A stretch of 64,000 nucleotides of DNA, from assembly GCA_964016885.1 (NCBI GenBank), contig OZ024742.1, forward strand, positions 70,866,001 through 70,930,000, in the 5' to 3' direction. The translations under genes were made by a program, and so were the position numbers. Every line of letters begins with the position of its first letter. The stretch's first letter is position 1. Below the pieces are notes generated by a model that was not told the origin of the DNA, ran no database searches, and saw only the letters and a list, made by a program, of their open reading frames with translations. The stretch comes from Eledone cirrhosa. Its lineage: Eukaryota. Below are positions 34,501-49,500 of the stretch, one piece after another.

Positions 34501-37500
34501 CATACCCCTACTTTTCACATAACTTAAGATAGTCAGGGATGTGCCATAACCCTACTGTTCACATAACTTAAGATAGAGATGAGTCATAACCCTACTGTTC
34601 ACATAACTTAAGATAGAGATGAGTCATAACCCTACTGTTCACATAACTTAAGATAGCCAGGGATGTGCCATGACCCTACTGTTCACATAAGTTAAGATGG
34701 TCAGGGATGTGTCATAACCCTACTGTTCACATAACTTAAGATAGTCAGGGATGTGCCATAACCCTACTGTTCACATAACTTAAGATAGAGATGAGTCATA
34801 ACCCTACTGTTCACATAACTTAAGATAGCCAGGGATGTGCCATGACCCTACTGTTCACATAACTTAAGATAGTCAGAGATGTGGCATACCCCTACTTTTC
34901 ACATAACTTAAGATAGTCAGGGAAGTGCCATAACCCTACTGTTCACATAACTTAAGATAGAGATGAGTCATAACCCTACTGTTCACATAACTTAAGATAA
35001 CCAGGGATGTGCCATGACCCTACTGTTCACATAACATAAGATAGTCATGGATGTGTAATAACCCTACTGTTCACATAACTTAAGATGGTCAGGGATGTGT
35101 CATAACCCTACTGTTCACATAACTTAAGATAGTGAGGGATGTGCCATAACCCTACTGTTCACATAACTTAAGATAGCCAGGGATGTGCGATAACCCTACT
35201 GTTCACATAACTTAAGATAGCCAGGGATGTGCCATAACCCTACTGTTCACATAACTTAAGATAGTCAGAGATGTGTCATACCCCTACTTTTCACATAACT
35301 TAAGATAGTCAGCGATGTGTCATAACCCTACTTTTCACATAACTTAAGATAGCCAGGGATGTGTCATAACCCTATTGTTCACATAACTTAAGATAGTTTG
35401 GGATGTGCCATAACCCTACTGTTCACATAACTTAAGATAGTCAGGGATGTACCATAACCCTACTGTTCACATAACTTAAGATAGACAGGGATGTGTCATA
35501 ACCCTACTGTTCACATAACTTAAGATAGCCAGGGATGTGTCATAACCCTACTGTTCACATAACTTAAGATAGCCAGGGATGTGTCATAACGCTACTGTTC
35601 ACATAACTTGAGATAGACAGGGATGTGTCATAACGCTACTGTTCACATAACTTAAGATAGCCAGGGATGTGCCATAACCCTACTGTTCACATAACTTAAG
35701 ATAGTCAGGGATGTGTCATAATCCTATTGTTCACATAACTTAAGATAGCCAGGGATGTGCCATAACCCTACTGTTCACATAACTTAAGATAGCCAGGGAT
35801 GTGCCACAACCCTACTGTTCACATAACTTAAGATAGTCAGGGATGTGCCATAACCCTACTGTTCACATAACTTAAGATAGTCTGGGATGTGCCATAACCC
35901 TACTGTTCACATAACTTACGATAGACAGTGATGTGTCATAACCCTATTGTTCACGTAACTTAAGATAGTCAGGGATGTGCCATAACCCTACTGTTCACAT
36001 AACTTAAGATAGTTAGAGATATGTCATAACCCTACTGTTCACATAAATTAAGATAGTCAAGGATTTGCCATAACCCTACTGTTCACATAACTTAAGATAG
36101 TCAGGGATGTGCCATAACCTTACTGTTCACATAACTTAAGATAGCCAGGGATGTGTCATAACCCTACTGTTCACTTAACTTAAGATAGTCAGCGATGTGC
36201 CATAATGCTACAGTTCACATAACTTAAGATAGTTAGAGATGTGTCATAACCCTACTGTTCACATAACTTAAGATAGTGAGAGATGTGCCATAACCCTACT
36301 GTTCACATAACTTAAGATAGTCAGGGATCTGACATAACCCTACTGTTCACATAACTTAAGATAGGTATGTGCCATAACTCTACTGTTCACATAACTTAAG
36401 ATAGCCAGGGATGTGTCATAACGCTACTGTTCACACAACTTAAGATAGCCAGGGATGTGTCATAACCCTACTGTTCACATAACTTAAGATAGCCAGGGAT
36501 GTGCAATTACCCTATTGTTCACATAAATTAAGATAGTCATAGATGTGCGATAACCCTTCTGTTCACATAACTTAAGATAGTCAGGAATGTGCCATAACAC
36601 TACTGTTAACATAACTTAAGATAGTCAGCGATGTGTCATAACCCTACTGTTCACATAACTTAAGATTGTCAGGGATGTGTCATAACCCTACTGTTCACAT
36701 AACTTAAGATAGTCAGGGATGTGCCATAACCTTACTGTTCACATAACTTAAGATAGTCAGCGATGTGTCATAACCTTACTGTTCAGATAACTTAAGATAG
36801 CCAAGGATGTGTCATAACCCTACTGTTCACATAACTTAAGATAGTCAGCGATGTGTCATAACCCTACTGTTCAGATAACTTAAGATAGTTAAAGATGTGT
36901 CATAACCCTACTGTTCACATAACTTAAGATAGTCAAGGATGTGCCATAACCGTACTGTTCACATAACTTAAGATAGCCAGGGATGTGCCACAACCCTACT
37001 GTTCACATAACTTAAGATAGTCAGGGATGTGCCATAACCTTACTGTTCACATAACTTAAGATAGTCAGGGATGTGTCATAACCCTATTGTTCACGTAACT
37101 TAAGATAGCCAGGGATGTGTCATAACCCTACTGTTCACATAACTTAAGATAGCCAGGGATGTGTCATAACGCTACTGTTCACATAACTTAAGATAGCCAG
37201 GGATGTGTCATAACGCTACTGTTCACACAACTTAAGATAGCCAGGGATGTGTCATAACCCTACTGTTCACATAACTTAAGATAGCCAGGGATGTGCAATT
37301 ACCCTATTGTTCACATAACTTAAGATAGTCATAGATGTGCGATAACCCTACTGTTCACATAACTTAAGATAGAGATGAGTCATAACCCTACTGTTCACAT
37401 AACTTAAGATAGAGATGAGTCATAACCCTACTGTTCACATAACTTAAGATAGCCAGGGATGTGCCATGACCCTACTGTTCACATAACTTAAGATGGTCAG

Positions 37501-40500
37501 GGATGTGTCATAACCCTACTGTTCACATAACTTAAGATAGTCAGGGATGTGCCATAACCCTACTGTTCACATAACTTAAGATAGAGATGAGTCATAACCC
37601 TACTGTTCACATAACTTAAGATAGCCAGGGATGTGCCATGACCCTACTGTTCACATAACTTAAGATAGTCAGAGATGTGGCATACCCCTACTTTTCACAT
37701 AACTTAAGATAGTCAGGGATGTGCCATAACCCTACTGTTCACATCACTAAAGATAGTCAGCGATGTGGCATACCCCTACTTTTCACATAACTTAAGATAG
37801 TCAGGGATGTGCCATAACCCTACTGTTCACATCACTAAAGATAGTCAGCGATGTGGCATACCCCTACTTTTCACATAACTTAAGATAGTCAGGGATGTGC
37901 CATAACCCTACTGTTCACATAACTTAAGATAGAGATGAGTCATAACCCTACTGTTCACATAACTTAAGATAGCCAGGGATGTGCCATGACCCTACTGTTC
38001 ACATAACTTAAGATAGTCATGGATGTGTAATAACCCTACTGTTCACATAACTTAAGATGGTCAGGGATGTGTCATAACCCTACTGTTCACATAACTTAAG
38101 ATAGTCAGGGATGTGCCATAACCCTACTGTTCACATAACTTAAGATAGCCAGGGATGTGCGATAACCCTACTGTTGACATAACTTAAGATAGCCAGGGAT
38201 GTGCCATAACCCTACTGTTCACATAACTTAAGATAGTCAGAGATGTGTCATACCCCTACTTTTCACATAACTTAAGATAGTCAGCGATGTGTCATAACAC
38301 TACTGTTCATATAACTTAAGATTGTCAGGGATGTGTCATAACCCTACTGTTCACATAACTTAAGATAGTCAGGGATGTGGCATAATGCTACTGTTCACAT
38401 AACTTAAGATAGTTAGAGATGTGTCATAACCCTACTGTTCACATAACTTATGATAGTCAAGGATGTGCCATAACCCTACTGTTCACATAACTTGAGATAG
38501 CCAGGGATGTGTCATAACCCTACTGTTCACATAACTTAAGATAGTCAGGGATGTGCCATAATGCTACTGTTCACATAACTTAAGATAGTTAGATATGTGT
38601 CATAACCCTACTGTTCACATAACTTAAGATAGCCAGGGATGTGTCATAACCCTACTGTTCACATAACTTAAGATAGCCAGGGATATTCCATAACCCTATT
38701 GTTCACATAACTTAAGATAGCCAGGGATGTGTCATAACCATACTGTTCACATAACTTAAGATAGTTTGGGATGTGCCATAACCCTACTGTTCACATAACT
38801 TAAGATAGTCAGGGATGTACCATAACCCTACTGTTCACATAACTTAAGATAGACAGGGATGTGTCATAACCCTACTGTTCACATAACTTAAGATAGCCAG
38901 GGATGTGTCATAACCCTACTGTTCACATAACTTAAGATAGCCAGGGATGTGTCATAACGCTACTGTTCACATAACTTGAGATAGACAGGGATGTGTCATA
39001 ACGCTACTGTTCACATAACTTAAGATAGCCAGGGATGTGCCATAACCCTACTGTTCACATAACTTAAGATAGTCAGGGATGTGTCATAATCCTATTGTTC
39101 ACATAACTTAAGATAGCCAGGGATGTGCCATAACCCTACTGTTCACATAACTTAAGATAGCCAGGGATGTGCCACAACCCTACTGTTCACATAACTTAAG
39201 ATAGTCAGGGATGTGCCATAACCCTACTGTTCACATAACTTAAGATAGTCTGGGATGTGCCATAACCCTACTGTTCACATAACTTAAGATAGACAGTGAT
39301 GTGTCATAACCCTATTGTTCACGTAACTTAAGATAGTCAGGGATGTGCCATAACCCTACTGTTCACATAACTTAAGATAGAGATGAGTCATAACCCTACT
39401 GTTCACATAACTTAAGATAGTTAGAGATATGTCATAACCCTACTGTTCACATAAATTAAGATAGTCAAGGATTTGCCATAACGCTACTGTTCACATAACT
39501 TAAGATAGTCAGGGATGTGCCATAACCTTACTGTTCACATAACTTAAGATAGTCAGCGATGTGTCATAACCCTACTGTTCACATAACTTAAGATAGTCAG
39601 AGATGTGCCATAATGCTACTGTTCACATAACTTAACATAGTTAGAGATATGTCATAACCCTACTGTTCACATAAATTAAGATAGTCAAGGATTTGCCATA
39701 ACCCTACTGTTCACATAACTTAAGATAGCCAGGGATGTGTCATAACCCTACTGTTCACTTAACTTAAGATAGTCAGCGATGTGCCATAATGCTACAGTTC
39801 ACATAACTTAAGATAGTTAGAGATGTGTCATAACCCTACTTTTCACATAACTTAAGATAGCCAGGGATGTGTCATAACCCTATTGTTCACATAACTTAAG
39901 ATAGTTTGTGATGTGCCATAACCCTACTGTTCACATAACTTAAGATAGTCAGGGATGTACCATAACCCTACTGTTCACATAACTTAAGATAGACAGGGAT
40001 GTGTCATAACCCTACTGTTCACATAACTTAAGATAGTCAGGGATGTACCATAACCCTACTGTTCACATAACTTAAGATAGTGAGAGATGTGCCATAACCC
40101 TACTGTTCACATAACTTAAGATATCAGGGATGTGACATAACCCTACTGTTCACATAACTTAAGATAGTCAGGGATGTGCCATAACTCTACTGTTCACATA
40201 ACTTAAGATAGCCAGGGATGTATCATAACGCTACTGTTCACACAACTTAAGATAGCCAGGGATGTGTCATAACCCTACTGTTCACATAACTTAAGATAGC
40301 CAGGGATGTGCAATTACCCTATTGTTCACATAAATTAAGATAGTCATAGATGTGCGATAACCCTTCTGTTCACATAACTTAAGATAGTCAGGAATGTGCC
40401 ATAACACTACTGTTAACATAACTTAAGATAGTCAGCGATGTGTCATAACCCTACTGTTCACATAACTTAAGATAGTCAGGGATGTGCCATAACCTTACTG

Positions 40501-43500
40501 TTCACATAACTTAAGATAGTCAGCGATGTGTCATAACCCTACTGTTCAGATAACTTAAGATAGTCAGGGATGTGCCATAATGCTACTGTTCACATAACTT
40601 AAGATAGTTAAAGATGTGTCATAACCCTACTGTTCACATAACTTAAGATAGTCAAGGATGTGCCATAACCGTACTGTTCACATAACTTAAGATAGCCAGG
40701 GATGTGTCATAACCCTACTGTTCACATAACTTAAGATAGTCAGGGATGTGCCATAACCTTACTGTTCACATAACTTAAGATAGTCAGCGATGTGTCATAA
40801 CCCTACTGTTTACATAACTTAAGATAGCCAGGGATGTGCCACAACCCTACTGTTCACATAACTTAAGATAGTCTGGGATGTGCCATAACCCTACTGTTCA
40901 CATAACTTAAGATAGTCTGGGATGTGCCATAACTCTACTGTTCACATAACTTAAGATAGACAGGGATGTGTCATAACCCTATTGTTCACGTAACTTAAGA
41001 TAGCCAGGGATGTGTCATAACCCTACTGTTCACATAACTTAAGATAGCCAGGGATGTGTCATAACGCTACTGTTCACATAACTTAAGATAGCCAGGGATG
41101 TGTCATAACGCTACTGTTCACACAACTTAAGATAGCCAGGGATGTGTCATAACCCTACTGTTCACATAACTTAAGATAGCCAGGGATGTGCAATTACCCT
41201 ATTGTTCACATAACTTAAGATAGTCATAGATGTGCGATAACCCTACTGTTCACATAACTTAAGATAGAGATGAGTCATAACCCTACTGTTCACATAACTT
41301 AAGATAGAGATGAGTCATAATCCTATTGTTCACATAACTTAAGATAGCCAGGGATGTGCCATAACCCTACTGTTCACATAACTTAAGATAGCCAGGGATG
41401 TGCCACAACCCTACTGTTCACATAACTTAAGATAGTCAGGGATGTGCCATAACCCTACTGTTCACATAACTTAAGATAGTCTGGGATGTGCCATAACCCT
41501 ACTGTTCACATAACTTAAGATAGACAGTGATGTGTCATAACCCTATTGTTCACGTAACTTAAGATAGTCAGGGATGTGCCATAACCCTACTGTTCACATA
41601 ACTTAAGATAGAGATGAGTCATAACCCTACTGTTCACATAACTTAAGATAGTTAGAGATATGTCATAACCCTACTGTTCACATAAATTAAGATAGTCAAG
41701 GATTTGCCATAACGCTACTGTTCACATAACTTAAGATAGTCAGGGATGTGCCATAACCTTACTGTTCACATAACTTAAGATAGTCAGCGATGTGTCATAA
41801 CCCTACTGTTCACATAACTTAAGATAGTCAGAGATGTGCCATAATGCTACTGTTCACATAACTTAACATAGTTAGAGATATGTCATAACCCTACTGTTCA
41901 CATAAATTAAGATAGTCAAGGATTTGCCATAACCCTACTGTTCACATAACTTAAGATAGCCAGGGATGTGTCATAACCCTACTGTTCACTTAACTTAAGA
42001 TAGTCAGCGATGTGCCATAATGCTACAGTTCACATAACTTAAGATAGTTAGAGATGTGTCATAACCCTACTTTTCACATAACTTAAGATAGCCAGGGATG
42101 TGTCATAACCCTATTGTTCACATAACTTAAGATAGTTTGTGATGTGCCATAACCCTACTGTTCACATAACTTAAGATAGTCAGGGATGTACCATAACCCT
42201 ACTGTTCACATAACTTAAGATAGACAGGGATGTGTCATAACCCTACTGTTCACATAACTTAAGATAGTCAGGGATGTACCATAACCCTACTGTTCACATA
42301 ACTTAAGATAGTGAGAGATGTGCCATAACCCTACTGTTCACATAACTTAAGATATCAGGGATGTGACATAACCCTACTGTTCACATAACTTAAGATAGTC
42401 AGGGATGTGCCATAACTCTACTGTTCACATAACTTAAGATAGCCAGGGATGTATCATAACGCTACTGTTCACACAACTTAAGATAGCCAGGGATGTGTCA
42501 TAACCCTACTGTTCACATAACTTAAGATAGCCAGGGATGTGCAATTACCCTATTGTTCACATAAATTAAGATAGTCATAGATGTGCGATAACCCTTCTGT
42601 TCACATAACTTAAGATAGTCAGGAATGTGCCATAACACTACTGTTAACATAACTTAAGATAGTCAGCGATGTGTCATAACCCTACTGTTCACATAACTTA
42701 AGATAGTCAGGGATGTGCCATAACCTTACTGTTCACATAACTTAAGATAGTCAGCGATGTGTCATAACCCTACTGTTCAGATAACTTAAGATAGTCAGGG
42801 ATGTGCCATAATGCTACTGTTCACATAACTTAAGATAGTTAAAGATGTGTCATAACCCTACTGTTCACATAACTTAAGATAGTCAAGGATGTGCCATAAC
42901 CGTACTGTTCACATAACTTAAGATAGCCAGGGATGTGTCATAACCCTACTGTTCACATAACTTAAGATAGTCAGGGATGTGCCATAACCTTACTGTTCAC
43001 ATAACTTAAGATAGTCAGCGATGTGTCATAACCCTACTGTTTACATAACTTAAGATAGCCAGGGATGTGCCACAACCCTACTGTTCACATAACTTAAGAT
43101 AGTCTGGGATGTGCCATAACCCTACTGTTCACATAACTTAAGATAGTCTGGGATGTGCCATAACTCTACTGTTCACATAACTTAAGATAGACAGGGATGT
43201 GTCATAACCCTATTGTTCACGTAACTTAAGATAGCCAGGGATGTGTCATAACCCTACTGTTCACATAACTTAAGATAGCCAGGGATGTGTCATAACGCTA
43301 CTGTTCACATAACTTAAGATAGCCAGGGATGTGTCATAACGCTACTGTTCACACAACTTAAGATAGCCAGGGATGTGTCATAACCCTACTGTTCACATAA
43401 CTTAAGATAGCCAGGGATGTGCAATTACCCTATTGTTCACATAACTTAAGATAGTCATAGATGTGCGATAACCCTACTGTTCACATAACTTAAGATAGAG

Positions 43501-46500
43501 ATGAGTCATAACCCTACTGTTCACATAACTTAAGATAGAGATGAGTCATAACCCTACTGTTCACATAACTTAAGATAGCCAGGGATGTGCCATGACCCTA
43601 CTGTTCACATAACTTAAGATAGTCAGGGATGTGCCATAACCCTACTGTTCACATAACTTAAGATAGAGATGAGTCATAACCCTACTGTTCACATAACTTA
43701 AGATAGCCAGGGATGTGCCATGACCCTACTGTTCACATAACTTAAGATAGTCAGAGATGTGGCATACCCCTACTTTTCACATAACTTAAGATAGTCAGGG
43801 ATGTGCCATAACCCTACTGTTCACATCACTAAAGATAGTCAGCGATGTGGCATACCCCTACTTTTCACATAACTTAAGATAGTCAGGGATGTGCCATAAC
43901 CCTACTGTTCACATCACTAAAGATAGTCAGCGATGTGGCATACCCCTACTTTTCACATAACTTAAGATAGTCAGGGATGTGCCATAACCCTACTGTTCAC
44001 ATAACTTAAGATAGAGATGAGTCATAACCCTACTGTTCACATAACTTAAGATAGAGATGAGTCATAACCCTACTGTTCACATAACTTAAGATAGCCAGGG
44101 ATGTGCCATGACCCTACTGTTCACATAAGTTAAGATGGTCAGGGATGTGTCATAACCCTACTGTTCACATAACTTAAGATAGTCAGGGATGTGCCATAAC
44201 CCTACTGTTCACATAACTTAAGATAGAGATGAGTCATAACCATACTGTTCACATAACTTAAGATAGCCAGGGATGTGCCATGACCCTACTGTTCACATAA
44301 CTTAAGATAGTCAGAGATGTGGCATACCCCTACTTTTCACATAACTTAAGATAGTCAGGGAAGTGCCATAACCCTACTGTTCACATAACTTAAGATAGAG
44401 ATGAGTCATAACCCTACTGTTCACATAACTTAAGATAACCAGGGATGTGCCATGACCCTACTGTTCACATAACATAAGATAGTCATGGATGTGTAATAAC
44501 CCTACTGTTCACATAACTTAAGATGGTCAGGGATGTGTCATAACCCTACTGTTCACATAACTTAAGATAGTGAGGGATGTGCCATAACCCTACTGTTCAC
44601 ATAACTTAAGATAGCCAGGGATGTGCGATAACCCTACTGTTCACATAACTTAAGATAGCCAGGGATGTGCCATAACCCTACTGTTCACATAACTTAAGAT
44701 AGTCAGAGATGTGTCATACCCCTACTTTTCACATAACTTAAGATAGTCAGCGATGTGTCATAACCCTACTGTTCACATAACTTAAGATTGTCAGGGATGT
44801 GTCATAACTTAAGATAGTCAGGGATGTGCCATAACCTTACTGTTCACATAACTTAAGATAGTCAGCGATGTGTCATAACCCTACTTTTCACATAACTTAA
44901 GATAGCCAGGGATGTGTCATAACCCTACTGTTCACATAACTTAAGATAGTCAGGGATGTACCATAACCCTACTGTTCACATAACTTAAGATAGACAGGGA
45001 TGTGTCATAACCCTACTGTTCACATAACTTAAGATAGCCAGGGATGTGTCATAACCCTACTGTTCACATAACTTAAGATAGCCAGGGATGTGTCATAACG
45101 CTACTGTTCACATAACTTGAGATAGACAGGGATGTGTCATAACGCTACTGTTCACATAACTTAAGATAGCCAGGGATGTGCCATAACCCTACTGTTCACA
45201 TAACTTAAGATAGTCAGGGATGTGTCATAATCCTATTGTTCACATAACTTAAGATAGCCAGGGATGTGCCATAACCCTACTGTTCACATAACTTAAGATA
45301 GCCAGGGATGTGCCACAACCCTACTGTTCACATAACTTAAGATAGTCAGGGATGTGCCATAACCCTACTGTTCACATAACTTAAGATAGTCTGGGATGTG
45401 CCATAACCCTACTGTTCACATAACTTAAGATAGACAGTGATGTGTCATAACCCTATTGTTCACGTAACTTAAGATAGTCAGGGATGTGCCATAACCCTAC
45501 TGTTCACATAACTTAAGATAGTTAGAGATATGTCATAACCCTACTGTTCACATAAATTAAGATAGTCAAGGATTTGCCATAACCCTACTGTTCACATAAC
45601 TTAAGATAGTCAGGGATGTGCCATAACCTTACTGTTCACATAACTTAAGATAGTCAGCGATGTGTCATAACCCTACTGTTCACATAACTTAAGATTGTCA
45701 GGGATGTGTCATAACTTAAGATAGTCAGGGATGTGCCATAACCTTACTGTTCACATAACTTAAGATAGTCAGCGATCTGTCATAACCCTACTTTTCACAT
45801 AACTTAAGATAGCCAGGGATGTGTCATAACCCTATTGTTCACATAACTTAAGATAGTTTGGGATGTGCCATAACCCTACTGTTCACATAACTTAAGATAG
45901 TCAGGGATGTACCATAACCCTACTGTTCACATAACTTAAGATAGACAGGGATGTGTCATAACCCTACTGTTCACATAACTTAAGATAGCCAGGGATGTGT
46001 CATAACCCTACTGTTCACATAACTTAAGATAGCCAGGGATGTGTCATAACGCTACTGTTCACATAACTTGAGATAGACAGGGATGTGTCATAACGCTACT
46101 GTTCACATAACTTAAGATAGCCAGGGATGTGCCATAACCCTACTGTTCACATAACTTAAGATAGTCAGGGATGTGTCATAATCCTATTGTTCACATAACT
46201 TAAGATAGCCAGGGATGTGCCATAACCCTACTGTTCACATAACTTAAGATAGCCAGGGATGTGCCACAACCCTACTGTTCACATAACTTAAGATAGTCAG
46301 GGATGTGCCATAACCCTACTGTTCACATAACTTAAGATAGTCTGGGATGTGCCATAACCCTACTGTTCACATAACTTAAGATAGACAGTGATGTGTCATA
46401 ACCCTATTGTTCACGTAACTTAAGATAGTCAGGGATGTGCCATAACCCTACTGTTCACATAACTTAAGATAGAGATGAGTCATAACCCTACTGTTCACAT

Positions 46501-49500
46501 AACTTAAGATAGTTAGAGATATGTCATAACCCTACTGTTCACATAAATTAAGATAGTCAAGGATTTGCCATAACCCTACTGTTCACATAACTTAAGATAG
46601 TCAGGGATGTGCCATAACCTTACTGTTCACATAACTTAAGATAGTCAGCGATGTGTCATAACCCTACTGTTCACATAACTTAAGATAGTCAGAGATGTGC
46701 CATAATGCTACTGTTCACATAACTTAACATAGTTAGAGATATGTCATAACCCTACTGTTCACATAAATTAAGATAGTCAAGGATTTGCCATAACCCTACT
46801 GTTCACATAACTTAAGATAGCCAGGGATGTGTCATAACCCTACTGTTCACTTAACTTAAGATAGTCAGCGATGTGCCATAATGCTACAGTTCACATAACT
46901 TAAGATAGTTAGAGATGTGTCATAACCCTACTTTTCACATAACTTAAGATAGCCAGGGATGTGTCATAACCCTATTGTTCACATAACTTAAGATAGTTTG
47001 TGATGTGCCATAACCCTACTGTTCACATAACTTAAGATAGTCAGGGATGTACCATAACCCTACTGTTCACATAACTTAAGATAGACAGGGATGTGTCATA
47101 ACCCTACTGTTCACATAACTTAAGATAGTCAGGGATGTACCATAACCCTACTGTTCACATAACTTAAGATAGTGAGAGATGTGCCATAACCCTACTGTTC
47201 ACATAACTTAAGATATCAGGGATGTGACATAACCCTACTGTTCACATAACTTAAGATAGTCAGGGATGTGCCATAACTCTACTGTTCACATAACTTAAGA
47301 TAGCCAGGGATGTATCATAACGCTACTGTTCACACAACTTAAGATAGCCAGGGATGTGTCATAACCCTACTGTTCACATAACTTAAGATAGCCAGGGATG
47401 TGCAATTACCCTATTGTTCACATAAATTAAGATAGTCATAGATGTGCGATAACCCTTCTGTTCACATAACTTAAGATAGTCAGGAATGTGCCATAACACT
47501 ACTGTTAACATAACTTAAGATAGTCAGCGATGTGTCATAACCCTACTGTTCACATAACTTAAGATAGTCAGGGATGTGCCATAACCTTACTGTTCACATA
47601 ACTTAAGATAGTCAGCGATGTGTCATAACCCTACTGTTCACATAACTTAAGATAGTCAGGGATGTGCCATAATGCTACTGTTCACATAACTTAAGATAGT
47701 TAAAGATGTGTCATAACCCTACTGTTCACATAACTTAAGATAGTCAAGGATGTGCCATAACCGTACTGTTCACATAACTTAAGATAGCCAGGGATGTGCC
47801 ACAACCCTACTGTTCACATAACTTAAGATAGTCAGGGATGTGCCATAACCTTACTGTTCACATAACTTAAGATAGTCAGCGATGTGTCATAACCCTACTG
47901 TTTACATAACTTAAGATAGCCAGGGATGTGCCACAACCCTACTGTTCACATAACTTAAGATAGTCTGGGATGTGCCATAACCCTACTGTTCACATAACTT
48001 AAGATAGTCTGGGATGTGCCATAACTCTACTGTTCACATAACTTAAGATAGACAGGGATGTGTCATAACCCTATTGTTCACGTAACTTAAGATAGCCAGG
48101 GATGTGTCATAACCCTACTGTTCACATAACTTAAGATAGCCAGGGATGTGTCATAACGCTACTGTTCACATAACTTAAGATAGCCAGGGATGTGTCATAA
48201 CGCTACTGTTCACACAACTTAAGATAGCCAGGGATGTGTCATAACCCTACTGTTCACATAACTTAAGATAGCCAGGGATGTGCAATTACCCTATTGTTCA
48301 CATAACTTAAGATAGTCATAGATGTGCGATAACCCTACTGTTCACATAACTTAAGATAGAGATGAGTCATAACCCTACTGTTCACATAACTTAAGATAGA
48401 GATGAGTCATAACCCTACTGTTCACATAACTTAAGATAGCCAGGGATGTGCCATGACCCTACTGTTCACATAACTTAAGATAGTCAGGGATGTGCCATAA
48501 CCCTACTGTTCACATAACTTAAGATAGAGATGAGTCATAACCCTACTGTTCACATAACTTAAGATAGCCAGGGATGTGCCATGACCCTACTGTTCACATA
48601 ACTTAAGATAGTCAGAGATGTGGCATACCCCTACTTTTCACATAACTTAAGATAGTCAGGGATGTGCCATAACCCTACTGTTCACATCACTAAAGATAGT
48701 CAGCAATGTGGCATACCCCTACTTTTCACATAACTTAAGATAGTCAGGGATGTGCCATAACCCTACTGTTCACATCACTAAAGATAGTCAGCGATGTGGC
48801 ATACCCCTACTTTTCACATAACTTAAGATAGTCAGGGATGTGCCATAACCCTACTGTTCACATAACTTAAGATAGAGATGAGTCATAACCCTACTGTTCA
48901 CATAACTTAAGATAGAGATGAGTCATAACCCTACTGTTCACATAACTTAAGATAGCCAGGGATGTGCCATGACCCTACTGTTCACATAAGTTAAGATGGT
49001 CAGGGATGTGTCATAACCCTACTGTTCACATAACTTAAGATAGTCAGGGATGTGCCATAACCCTACTGTTCACATAACTTAAGATAGAGATGAGTCATAA
49101 CCCTACTGTTCACATAACTTAAGATAGCCAGGGATGTGCCATGACCCTACTGTTCACATAACTTAAGATAGTCAGAGATGTGGCATACCCCTACTTTTCA
49201 CATAACTTAAGATAGTCAGGGAAGTGCCATAACCCTACTGTTCACATAACTTAAGATAGAGATGAGTCATAACCCTACTGTTCACATAACTTAAGATAAC
49301 CAGGGATGTGCCATGACCCTACTGTTCACATAACATAAGATAGTCATGGATGTGTAATAACCCTACTGTTCACATAACTTAAGATGGTCAGGGATGTGTC
49401 ATAACCCTACTGTTCACATAACTTAAGATAGTGAGGGATGTGCCATAACCCTACTGTTCACATAACTTAAGATAGCCAGGGATGTGCGATAACCCTACTG

